From an uncultured Bacteroidales bacterium (GTDB lineage Bacteria > Bacteroidota > Bacteroidia > Bacteroidales > UBA10428), in NCBI GenBank assembly GCA_964456825.1, contig CAYWCR010000005.1, positions 9,305-73,304 on the forward strand: a stretch of 64,000 nucleotides of DNA. Direction: 5' to 3'. Positions 17,801-25,747 of the stretch are shown here, piece after piece. Position numbers and translations under genes: made by a program. Position 1 is the first letter of the stretch. Each line of letters starts with the position of its first letter. Below the pieces are notes generated by a model. It saw nothing but the letters and a program-made list of their open reading frames with translations, did not search any database and had not been told where the DNA came from.

Positions 17801-19348
17801 ATAGAGGACCTGGCACAGCTTATTTTTGATCTTAAATGCACCAATCCGGGCGCCCGCATCAGTGTCAAACTGGTCTCGGAAAAAGGTGTCGGCACCATTG
17901 CGGCCGGAGTTGCCAAGGCGCATGCTGACGGCATTACCATCAGCGGATGCGAGGGAGGAACCGGGGCAAGTCCGCTCAGTTCCATTAAACATGCAGGATT
18001 GCCTATGGAATTGGGCATCTCGGAAGTGCAGCAGACCCTGGTGATGAACAACCTGCGTGACCGGGTCAGGCTGCAAACAGACGGACAGCTGAAAACCGGC
18101 CGGGATGTTATTTATGCCGGATTGCTGGGAGCGGAAGAATTCGGATTCGCTACAGCCGCCCTGATCGTTCTGGGTTGCATCATGATGCGAAAATGCCATC
18201 TCAACACCTGTCCGGTAGGCGTGGCAACGCAGAATCCGGAACTTCGCAAGCGGTTTCTGGGAAAATCAGCCTACCTGGTCAATTATTTCCGGTTTGTTGC
18301 CCAGGAGGTAAGGGAAATGCTCGCGGAAATGGGATTTCGTTCCTTCGATGAAATCGTTGGCCGGACCGACATGCTGGAACAGCGTAAGGATATATCGCAC
18401 TGGAAGGCAAGCAAAATAGACCTGTCCAGGATCCTTTTCCGCCCGAAAGAGGCTGACAACCATGCAACCCGATGCATATGCCTGCAGCAGCACAAAATTG
18501 AGGAGGTCATGGATCATGAACTCATAGCGCTTTCCAACAAGGCCATCAAGAATCAGGAAAAGGTCTGGATTTCCAGGGATATCACCAATACTGACCGCAC
18601 TGTCGGGGCCATGCTGTCCGGTGAAATAACCCGCATATATGGCGAAGCTGCCCTTCCCGACAGCACCATAATATGCAAATTCAAAGGCTCAGCCGGACAA
18701 TCCTTTGGCGCATTTCTGGTAAAAGGTATTCAGTTTGAAATGGAAGGTGATACCAATGATTATCTGGGCAAAGGATTATCCGGAGGCCGGATCATTGTGG
18801 TTCCACCCAAAGGATCCACCTTCAGGCCGGAAGAAAACATAATAGTCGGCAATACCATTCTGTATGGCGCTACAAGTGGTGAAGCTTATATCAGGGGCGT
18901 CGCAGGCGGCCGGTTCTGTGTGAGAAACAGCGGTGCCATTGCGGTTGTTGAAGGGGTCGGCGATCATGGCTGCGAATACATGACCGGCGGCAGGGTTGTG
19001 GTGCTGGGTAAGACCGGCAGGAATTTCGCAGCTGGCATGAGTGGCGGTATTGCATACATACTGGATAAGGAGGGCAATTTTGATTATTTCTGCAATAAAG
19101 GCATGGTTGAGTTATCTCCGGTTGGTGATAAGGATGACCTTATGGAATTGCAGCAGATGATCAGTAACCATTATCTCTATTCACGAAGTGAACTTGCAGA
19201 AAGGATACTGGTGAACTGGAACGAATACCTGCCCAAATTCATCAAAGTGATACCGCTGGAATATAAGAAAGTGCTTGAAGAACAAAAAATATCCCAGCTG
19301 CTTGAAAAAATCAAACAGACGGAAGACGAACCGCATTTTCACTATTAG
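14804..19348 (+). CDS. gltB: Glutamate synthase large subunit
   Basis: DSCGIGF (Ntn Cys), HSRFSTNT, EPWDGPA, KVAQGAKPGEGGQL, CIMMRKCHLNTCPVGVATQ, GXGXG C-terminal repeats. Confidence 0.98.
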   Translation: MISRRLPKAQGLYDPSEEKDSCGIGFVAHIKGIKSHEIISRGIEVLENMSHRGAESADNVTGDGAGILMQIPHKLILSRGINVPDEGSYGTGLVFLPRGQDEREQCEKILTGILVAEGLDVIHFQDVQVDNSVLGEISSSSEPFIRQIYVTGNHEQDEMERRLYISRKMAENTIRSSALKDREAFYIPSLSTKVLIYKGLFTSLQLAQYFTDLKNPAMESAIAMIHSRFSTNTFPTWDLAQPFRFLSHNGEINTISSNRMWMNARESLMKTELFGEDLKKLFPVIEPGKSDSASLDNALEFLVLTGKSLPHALSMLIPESWNDKNPIPDSLKAFYEYHSTIMEPWDGPASIVFSDGRYIGGTLDRNGLRPSRYIITKDDMIVMGSEVGVQIFPPEKIREKGRLMPGKILLVDTKFGIIVPDDELKRQLTGRNPYGNWLKENRIDLNDIVVKERIPTSLGDRFDQYLRVFGYTKEDIDIVMKPMAREGQEPVNSMGNDTPLAVMSDKPQRLFSYFRQHFAQVTNPPVDPIREGLVMSLTNYIGSVSRNLLIESPAHCKLIKFRSPIVTNTDLGKIKNLDQGQFSHEVIPILFPATGHNPGKALEKALDEICRKAEKAVDNGRNFIVLSDRDMNEKMVPIPSILAVSAVHHHLIAVKKRMQIGLILESAEPREVNHFALLFAYGASIVNPYGAFSILEKYCESGDIQHDYVKARENYIKAIDKGLLKVMSKMGISTLRSYLGSQIFEAIGISTGVINRYFTGTDSRIEGIGLEEIAKEAMMPHQHAFEKNSLEAESLHSEGVYHYRTGGEYHAWNPDTIGLLQWSTHTNDYAKYREFSAQVDAENRRPHFIRGCVNIKKGKSVPIEEVEPVESIMKRFVTGAMSYGSISKEAHEAMAIAMNSIGGRSNTGEGGEDSERFKPREDGTFARSAIKQVASGRFGVTAHYLVNADELQIKVAQGAKPGEGGQLPGYKIDRIIAKLRHSTPGITLISPPPHHDIYSIEDLAQLIFDLKCTNPGARISVKLVSEKGVGTIAAGVAKAHADGITISGCEGGTGASPLSSIKHAGLPMELGISEVQQTLVMNNLRDRVRLQTDGQLKTGRDVIYAGLLGAEEFGFATAALIVLGCIMMRKCHLNTCPVGVATQNPELRKRFLGKSAYLVNYFRFVAQEVREMLAEMGFRSFDEIVGRTDMLEQRKDISHWKASKIDLSRILFRPKEADNHATRCICLQQHKIEEVMDHELIALSNKAIKNQEKVWISRDITNTDRTVGAMLSGEITRIYGEAALPDSTIICKFKGSAGQSFGAFLVKGIQFEMEGDTNDYLGKGLSGGRIIVVPPKGSTFRPEENIIVGNTILYGATSGEAYIRGVAGGRFCVRNSGAIAVVEGVGDHGCEYMTGGRVVVLGKTGRNFAAGMSGGIAYILDKEGNFDYFCNKGMVELSPVGDKDDLMELQQMISNHYLYSRSELAERILVNWNEYLPKFIKVIPLEYKKVLEEQKISQLLEKIKQTEDEPHFHY

Positions 19349-19383
19349 GATCAATCCAAGCTAACCATTAACATAACACGGAT

Positions 19384-20805
19384 ATGGGAAACCCAAAAGG
19401 ATTTATGCTGATACCCAGAAAGGCGGCAGGATATCGCCCCCTCAATGAACGCATTGATGACTTTGGTGAAGTTGAGCAAACGCTGAATGAACAGGACAGG
19501 AAAGATCAGGCTTCCCGTTGCATGGACTGCGGAGTACCCTTTTGTCAGTGGGGATGCCCAGTCATGAATAATATGCCGGAATGGCAGGATGCCATTTATC
19601 GCGGTAACTGGAAAGAGGCTGTTGATCTGCTTCATATTACCAATAATTTTCCTGAATTCACCGGACGTATCTGTCCGGCCCCCTGCGAAAACGCCTGCAC
19701 CCTTAATATTCACGAAGAACCGGTTACCATTCGTGAGAATGAAGCCGCAGTAGCCGAAAAAGGATTCGAACTGGGCTATATTGTACCCAGGCCGCCCCTG
19801 GTAAGAACCGGCAAAAAGGTGGCTGTGGTCGGATCGGGTCCTTCGGGACTGGCATGCGCTGATTTGTTAAACCAGTGGGGCCATACGGTTACGGTTTTCG
19901 AGAAAGATGAGGCTCCGGGCGGATTGCTCAGGTTTGGCATTCCCGATTTCAAACTGAACAAGAAAGTAATTGACCGCCGTCTTGAGGTGCTGCAGCAGGA
20001 AGGCCTTCATTTTAAGACCAACACCCTCGTAGGGTATGATGTTAAGGGAACAGACATGCTGAAGGAATTTGATGCCGTATGCCTTACCATTGGAGCCATG
20101 AAGCCGCGGGATCTGCAGGCCGAAGGCAGAGAGCTGACCGGAATTCATTTTGCCATGGATTTTCTGACTCAGCAGAATAAAGTAAACCGGGGCATGCATA
20201 TCGGCGAAGCTGAGCGGATAACAGCAGCCGGCAAAAATGTCGTGGTCATTGGTGGCGGAGATACCGGCTCAGACTGCGTGGGGACATCAATACGCCAGGG
20301 GGCAAAAAGCATCACCCAGATAGAGATACTGCCCAAACCACCGGCACGGCGCAATCCGGATAACCCATGGCCTTTCTGGGCAAATGTTCTGCGGTATTCA
20401 AGCTCGCATGACGAAGGATGCGACCGGAAATGGAGCCTTTCAACCAAAAGATTTACCGGAGAAAATGGCAGGGTAAGAAAAATAGAAATGGCGGAGGTAG
20501 ACTGGGTAAAGTCAGCGGGAAAATTTACCATGATGGAAAAGCCAAACACGGATAAGGTGATGGATGCTGAACTTGTTTTGCTTGCCATGGGTTTTGTTCA
20601 TTGCATGCATGAAGGAATTGTCAGGGAGCTGGAACTGGAACTCGATGTAAGAGGCAACATAAAAATAAATCCGGGCTTTCAAACCAGCCAGCAGAAGGTT
20701 TTTGCCGCAGGTGATTCGGTAACGGGAGCGAGCCTGGTTGTCAGGGCCATTTTCCAGGGCAGAAACCTTGCCAAGGCTGTCAATACTTTCCTGAATGCTC
20801 CGTAG
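19384..20805 (+). CDS. gltD: Glutamate synthase small subunit
   Basis: RCMDCGVPFC, NNFPEFTGRICPAPCE, GSGPSGLA, GGGDTGSDC, VFAAGD. Confidence 0.97.
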   Translation: MGNPKGFMLIPRKAAGYRPLNERIDDFGEVEQTLNEQDRKDQASRCMDCGVPFCQWGCPVMNNMPEWQDAIYRGNWKEAVDLLHITNNFPEFTGRICPAPCENACTLNIHEEPVTIRENEAAVAEKGFELGYIVPRPPLVRTGKKVAVVGSGPSGLACADLLNQWGHTVTVFEKDEAPGGLLRFGIPDFKLNKKVIDRRLEVLQQEGLHFKTNTLVGYDVKGTDMLKEFDAVCLTIGAMKPRDLQAEGRELTGIHFAMDFLTQQNKVNRGMHIGEAERITAAGKNVVVIGGGDTGSDCVGTSIRQGAKSITQIEILPKPPARRNPDNPWPFWANVLRYSSSHDEGCDRKWSLSTKRFTGENGRVRKIEMAEVDWVKSAGKFTMMEKPNTDKVMDAELVLLAMGFVHCMHEGIVRELELELDVRGNIKINPGFQTSQQKVFAAGDSVTGASLVVRAIFQGRNLAKAVNTFLNAP

Positions 20806-20825
20806 CTAATGATTGTTCAACCTGC

Positions 20826-21758
20826 ATGAACCCCGATTTATCGCTTCGGTTAAAAGGCATTGTATTTGCCTGTATAACGGCATTGCTCTGGGGAGTGCTT
20901 GCAGTAGCCCTGAAAGTAAGTTTGCAGGATGTATCTCCGGTGGATATAACCTGGTTCAGGTTCACCCTGGCATTTGCCGGCATGGCCCTGTATTATTACT
21001 TCAAGAAGCCACAATACCTGAGAATATTGCGCCGGCCGCCGTTTATCCTGGTGCTTGCCTCCGTCTGTCTTGGTATTAATTATATCGGCTTCATTAAAGG
21101 GGTCCATCTTACTTCTCCAAGCATAGCGCAGCTGTTTATACAAACAGGCCCCGTATTGCTGGCCATTGCCGGTTTTCTTTTCTTCAGGGAAAAAATGGTT
21201 CTCCGGCAGATCCTTGGATTTTTAATGGTTCTTTCCGGGCTTTTTCTTTTTTACCGGGAACAGGGAAATTTCATGCTCGGCGATCTGAAGATCTATCAGT
21301 CAGGCATACGTTGGATCCTGGTTGGCGCCGTTACCTGGGCCATTTACTCCATTTTGTTAAAAGTACTGGTTCGGCAATATCCTCCTATGCAGTTGAATCT
21401 GGTGATATTTGGAATACCGGCTTTATTATTTCTGCCCTTTGTGAAATTCTCCGGCTTTGTCGGCCTTTCATTTACCGAATGGCTGATCATGATCTTCCTG
21501 GGACTGAATACCCTTGTTGCCTATGGAACCCTGTCACTGGCTATTCAATATATCGAAGCCAGCAAGGTAAGTGTAATATTGATCCTGAATCCACTTTTGA
21601 CTTTTGGCATCATGGGATTGGTAAGCCTGGCAGATGCTTCCTGGATCGCCCATGAGCATTTTTCATGGCTGAGCCTTGCGGGGGCGTTTATTGTGCTTTC
21701 AGGCGCCATGCTAACCATTTTAAAATCCTTCGGTGCTGATTCAAGGTTGAAAACTTAA
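20826..21758 (+). CDS. EamA/DMT family transporter
   Basis: About 10 TM segments in two repeats; ITALLWG, WFRFTLAF. Confidence 0.9.
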   Translation: MNPDLSLRLKGIVFACITALLWGVLAVALKVSLQDVSPVDITWFRFTLAFAGMALYYYFKKPQYLRILRRPPFILVLASVCLGINYIGFIKGVHLTSPSIAQLFIQTGPVLLAIAGFLFFREKMVLRQILGFLMVLSGLFLFYREQGNFMLGDLKIYQSGIRWILVGAVTWAIYSILLKVLVRQYPPMQLNLVIFGIPALLFLPFVKFSGFVGLSFTEWLIMIFLGLNTLVAYGTLSLAIQYIEASKVSVILILNPLLTFGIMGLVSLADASWIAHEHFSWLSLAGAFIVLSGAMLTILKSFGADSRLKT

Positions 21759-21791
21759 GGCGCGTAATACCGGCATTTGAAAGCATTTATT

Positions 21792-21799
21792 TAAATTTG
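21792..21799 (+). promoter_or_regulatory. Sigma-70 -7 element (TAAATTTG) just before the ECF sigma start
   Basis: Exact TAnnTTTG ending 5 nt before ATG21805; would imply a near-leaderless mRNA. Confidence 0.35.
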
Positions 21800-21804
21800 T
21801 TTTC

Positions 21805-22398
21805 ATGCCTGCGGATGATAACCTATTATTCTCACTGGTAAAACAGGACAATAAATCTGCCTTTGATACCCTGTTCCGGAAATACTATGTGAGATTATGC
21901 CGGTATACCTGTCATTTTATCGCTTCAACACCGGAAGCCGAAGAAATCGTGCAGCAGGTATTTATACGCTTGTGGGAGCAGCGACAACAAATCAGCATTA
22001 ACACCTCCCTGCTTGCCTATTTGTATACGTCGGTAAGAAATCAATCCATGAATGAACTTAAAAAGGAAAAGATCCGGCGGCATTATGAAGAGGAGTTCGT
22101 GATTCAGAAATCCTTAACGGAAGAAACAACAACCGGTAACCCGGGAGAAGAAAAGCTCAAAAGGGCTATCGAAAAAGCATGCCTGCAATTGCCTCCGAAA
22201 TGCCGTGAGATATTTGAACTTAGCCGGAATGACGGCCTTACCTATGAAGAAATAGCCGAATATCTCTCCTTGTCCAAAAAAACAGTTGAGAATCAAATGG
22301 CCATTGCTTTTCAGAAATTGCGTCAGCAATTACAGCCTTATCTGCATATGCTTTGGATAATTTTTGTTGCTTGTTTTTTAGGGGATGGTATTTTATAA
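21805..22398 (+). CDS. ECF RNA polymerase sigma-70 factor (Bacteroides expansion family)
   Basis: AFDTLFRKYY, AEEIVQQVFIRLWE, YLYTSVRN, LPPKCREIFELSR.DGLTYEEIA..L.LSKKTVENQM. Confidence 0.95.
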   Translation: MPADDNLLFSLVKQDNKSAFDTLFRKYYVRLCRYTCHFIASTPEAEEIVQQVFIRLWEQRQQISINTSLLAYLYTSVRNQSMNELKKEKIRRHYEEEFVIQKSLTEETTTGNPGEEKLKRAIEKACLQLPPKCREIFELSRNDGLTYEEIAEYLSLSKKTVENQMAIAFQKLRQQLQPYLHMLWIIFVACFLGDGIL

Positions 22399-22416
22399 GA
22401 TGTCAACAATGAAAAC

Positions 22417-23424
22417 ATGGTAATGGAAGAAAAAGTACCTTTCGGCCTGCTGGCGAAATTTATAACGGGACAGGGCACACCTGAAGAAAACAAGTGGGCG
22501 GCGGAATGGATTGAGCTGAGCAGTCAAAACCGGGAGATTTATGACCAGCTGGTTAAGATCTGGGAGAGGTCACGGAAAACACAAACGGAGTTTACCCCTG
22601 ACACAGAGAAAGCCCTGGAAGCAGTAAATGCAGAACTCAGCCGGGAAAGTAAGCAGGATTTCTCAAACACTGCCAAAAACAGCAAGCTCCCCCGCTTTTT
22701 ACTGAGGATTGCTGCGGTTCTCATGTTGATGGCCGGAAGCTGGCTTATTTTCAATCAAATACAGCACAGGGAAGAGATCATAATGACAGACAACACCGGC
22801 AAACCCATGGATGTCAGATTGCCCGACGGCAGCCTTGTTACCCTCAATACGGGGGCGACATTGCGCTATCCGCATGCGTTTCGGAGGCAAAAAAGAGAAG
22901 TTAATCTCTCGGGGGAAGCCTTTTTTGATGTAAGCAGCCATCCGGAAAAGCCATTCATTATTAAAACGGAAAATACGTTTGTACGGGTGCTGGGAACGTC
23001 ATTTAACGTACGTGCCTTGAAAAACGAAGCCTCGGTTGTTGTGACCGTTGAGGAGGGCAGAGTTGAATTTGGTTCTGTGCTGGAGATGGAAAAGTCCGGG
23101 ATTGAAATTGCAGCTGGCGAAACGGGGATCCTGGAAAAAGGAAAAAGCCCATCTATTGCCAGTACCCGGGATGACAATTACCTTGCCTGGAAAACCGGTA
23201 TATTGACCTTTCATAAGGCTCCTGTAACGGAGGTTATCCATGCGGTTGAGAAATACTTCTTTGTCCGTATTCAATCTGAGAACAGTTTTCTTGATTCGGT
23301 TTCTGTTGACGTCACACTTTACCGGGAAAATGAAGCCGAAATGATAAAAACCATTGAAATGCTGATTGGCTTTAGCATAATTCCGAAGGACAGTCTGTAT
23401 ATTATAACCGCTGAGTCCATTTGA
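22417..23424 (+). CDS. FecR-family anti-sigma factor
   Basis: N-terminal anti-sigma helices, one TM (LRIAAVLMLMAG), LPDGSLVTLN, REVNLSGEAFFDV, VRVLGTSFNV, AWKTGILTF. Confidence 0.95.
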   Translation: MVMEEKVPFGLLAKFITGQGTPEENKWAAEWIELSSQNREIYDQLVKIWERSRKTQTEFTPDTEKALEAVNAELSRESKQDFSNTAKNSKLPRFLLRIAAVLMLMAGSWLIFNQIQHREEIIMTDNTGKPMDVRLPDGSLVTLNTGATLRYPHAFRRQKREVNLSGEAFFDVSSHPEKPFIIKTENTFVRVLGTSFNVRALKNEASVVVTVEEGRVEFGSVLEMEKSGIEIAAGETGILEKGKSPSIASTRDDNYLAWKTGILTFHKAPVTEVIHAVEKYFFVRIQSENSFLDSVSVDVTLYRENEAEMIKTIEMLIGFSIIPKDSLYIITAESI

Positions 23425-23439
23425 TACTAATTTTTGCCG

Positions 23440-24657
23440 ATGATTTTCATCCGGAGAATCCTGATATTGCTGTTTATGATCCTGATGATGAAGGCTGCGT
23501 GCCATTCTCAGTCCGTCCTTCTGGATATGCATGTAACCCTCAACATGAACCATAAGCCGCTATGGCAGGTAATGGACAGTCTCAGGAAGACTGCGCACAT
23601 ATTCATTGCCTATTCCAACGCCCTGTTCGCGGTGGATAAACCTGTTACCATTGCTGCATCAGACAGGCCGCTTCGGAATGTGCTGGAGGATATATTGGAA
23701 GGGACAGGTTACACGTACAGGATTTTTCATAATCAGATTGTTTTGCAACCATTGCCGAAAAGGCCTGCCCTGTATTACATAAAAGGTTTTGTCAGGGTAA
23801 AGGACAGCCTTAACCCGATTCCTTATGCCACGATTTCCATCGTTAGCAGGCAAACAGGCGTTATAGCCGATATCAACGGTGCCTTTGTGTTCCCGGCCAG
23901 TGAAGAATGGCTGCAGGATACCCTGTTTATCTCCTCCATCGGATATGAACCGGTGAGCATATCCCTAAGGGAAATGCGGAATGAAAGCCCTCAGCCGGTT
24001 TATCTGAAAAGGATCATGTATGAGATTGAGCCTGTCATTATTGAACCTGAAAATACCCAAAAGGTCAGGCTGGGCAACCGCAAAAACCGAGCTGCCGGAT
24101 CACTTTACATGGATACTCACGGACAGCAGGTTGCCTCTTTCATTGAAATGGAAGACGGCCGGAAAGGTACCCTGAAAACACTTTGGTATTATCTGTCAGA
24201 AGACGGAAATGCCGATGCACCGTTCCGCATCAGGCTGTATGCGTATGACACTGCTTCAGGAAAACCCGGGAATGATCTTTTGCAGGAAATGGTGGTCGTA
24301 AAGCCTTACGGGAAAGCCGGATGGTATGCTGTGGATCTGCATCACCACTACATTCCTGTTTCTTCGCCCGGCTTTTTTATTGCCATGGAAGGAGTGTTCC
24401 CTAATGATTATGATTTTTATGCCCAGGGAGATGATTTTACGGATATCGCCAAAACCTCCCCGGAAACGGAAATAGAAGATTCTCCGACGATGATCAGCTA
24501 TGGACAGCGGCTGGGATATACCAAAAGCCGGCGCAATGAAAACAACACCTGGCATTATTCGTTAGACCATACCTGGTTTCAGTTAAAAAAGCAACTTTTT
24601 TCGGTTATGGTTGCTGCGGATATTATAATGCTTGAAAAGCCACATAAAGAAGAATGA
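23440..24657 (+). CDS. STN + carboxypeptidase-like regulatory (CarbopepD_reg_2) domain protein without TonB-dependent barrel
   Basis: Signal peptide, STN (LDMHVTLNM..KPL..V...; PLRNVLEDILEGTGYTY...NQIVL), IKGFV...PIPYATI...GVIADINGAF...SSIGYE, then a C-terminal domain of about 200 aa; only about 405 aa in total. Confidence 0.8.
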   Translation: MIFIRRILILLFMILMMKAACHSQSVLLDMHVTLNMNHKPLWQVMDSLRKTAHIFIAYSNALFAVDKPVTIAASDRPLRNVLEDILEGTGYTYRIFHNQIVLQPLPKRPALYYIKGFVRVKDSLNPIPYATISIVSRQTGVIADINGAFVFPASEEWLQDTLFISSIGYEPVSISLREMRNESPQPVYLKRIMYEIEPVIIEPENTQKVRLGNRKNRAAGSLYMDTHGQQVASFIEMEDGRKGTLKTLWYYLSEDGNADAPFRIRLYAYDTASGKPGNDLLQEMVVVKPYGKAGWYAVDLHHHYIPVSSPGFFIAMEGVFPNDYDFYAQGDDFTDIAKTSPETEIEDSPTMISYGQRLGYTKSRRNENNTWHYSLDHTWFQLKKQLFSVMVAADIIMLEKPHKEE

Positions 24658-24658
24658 C

Positions 24659-25684
24659 ATGAAAACGCTCTTAATCATAGTAAGCCTGTTAACCGGAGCT
24701 GCCGTAGCTGAAACAGCTGCACAGTGCAACAGCAAGCTGGCCGAACAGGCTGCCTCCATGAGTGGCAAGGAAACTATTGTCATCCGTGAGTTTAAGATAA
24801 AACTGGAAGAAGGCAACATGGACAAGCCGATGCCTGTCGGCCGGTATGCCGTGATGCTGAATGAGGGAATGCATTACCGGATTACCCTGGTTAATTCGGC
24901 ACTCAGCGAAGGCAGGGGAGTTGTGCAATTGTATGATAGAACCCTGTTGCTGGGAAGTACATACAATGCGGAGTCCGGTAAAGATTACGAAACCTTCGAT
25001 TTCATTTGCAGTAAGACAAAAACATATCAGGTACTGGCCTTTTTCAGGGAAGGAAAGCCAGGTTGCATGGCAGCAGTGCTTTCCATGATCCTCCCTGATT
25101 CGGCAACCGTATCCGGCATAACAGACGAAGCGGAAAGGGAAATACTGTATATCGGCATCGATAATCCTTTGTTGATCAGCTCTTCGGATACAGAACAACA
25201 AGCTGTCAACCTGAATATCGACCAGGGGAGCATTGAAGAAACAGGTGGCGAATACAGGGCCAGGGTCATTAAGGAAGGGCTGGCCATGGTTCATGTTGAG
25301 GTATTGGATTCCATGGGCAATATAACCGCGACCGACTCTGTGGCTTTTGATGTACGTCCCATGCCCTTGCCGGTAATGATGATTGCAGGCAGGCAAAGCG
25401 GTACCCTGAGCCGTCAGGAAATACAGAATGCCAGAACCGTTGATTTATGGGTACCGGTTGCAGGGGCGGAAAATTACTTCTCCCTCCTTGAGTATTCGCT
25501 GATAACTGATTTATCCGTGAATAGCGGAATGACGGTTGCCGGGAATCAGTTACCGCTGCGTCAGAAAGAAGCTATCCTCAGCCTGACGGAGGGCTCGTCA
25601 TTCTTATTAACGAATGCGGTTGTCAGCACCCCGGACGGATCCACCCATAAGCTGCCGGCACAGACCTACTGGCTGGGTTGGTAA
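24659..25684 (+). CDS. Secreted protein: unknown N-terminal domain + PorM/GldM-like C-terminal (D3-D4) domains
   Basis: Signal peptide MKTLLIIVSLLTGAAVAETAA; EILYIGIDNPLLIS, FDVRPMPLP...AG..SG.LS, GNQL...TPDG...KL match the GldM/PorM C-terminus as I recall it. Confidence 0.7.
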   Translation: MKTLLIIVSLLTGAAVAETAAQCNSKLAEQAASMSGKETIVIREFKIKLEEGNMDKPMPVGRYAVMLNEGMHYRITLVNSALSEGRGVVQLYDRTLLLGSTYNAESGKDYETFDFICSKTKTYQVLAFFREGKPGCMAAVLSMILPDSATVSGITDEAEREILYIGIDNPLLISSSDTEQQAVNLNIDQGSIEETGGEYRARVIKEGLAMVHVEVLDSMGNITATDSVAFDVRPMPLPVMMIAGRQSGTLSRQEIQNARTVDLWVPVAGAENYFSLLEYSLITDLSVNSGMTVAGNQLPLRQKEAILSLTEGSSFLLTNAVVSTPDGSTHKLPAQTYWLGW

Positions 25685-25747
25685 TAACTTGTTTTCCATT
25701 CCGGCTTTGCATATTTTTACCCTGCAATTAAAACAACAGGTCATTTC

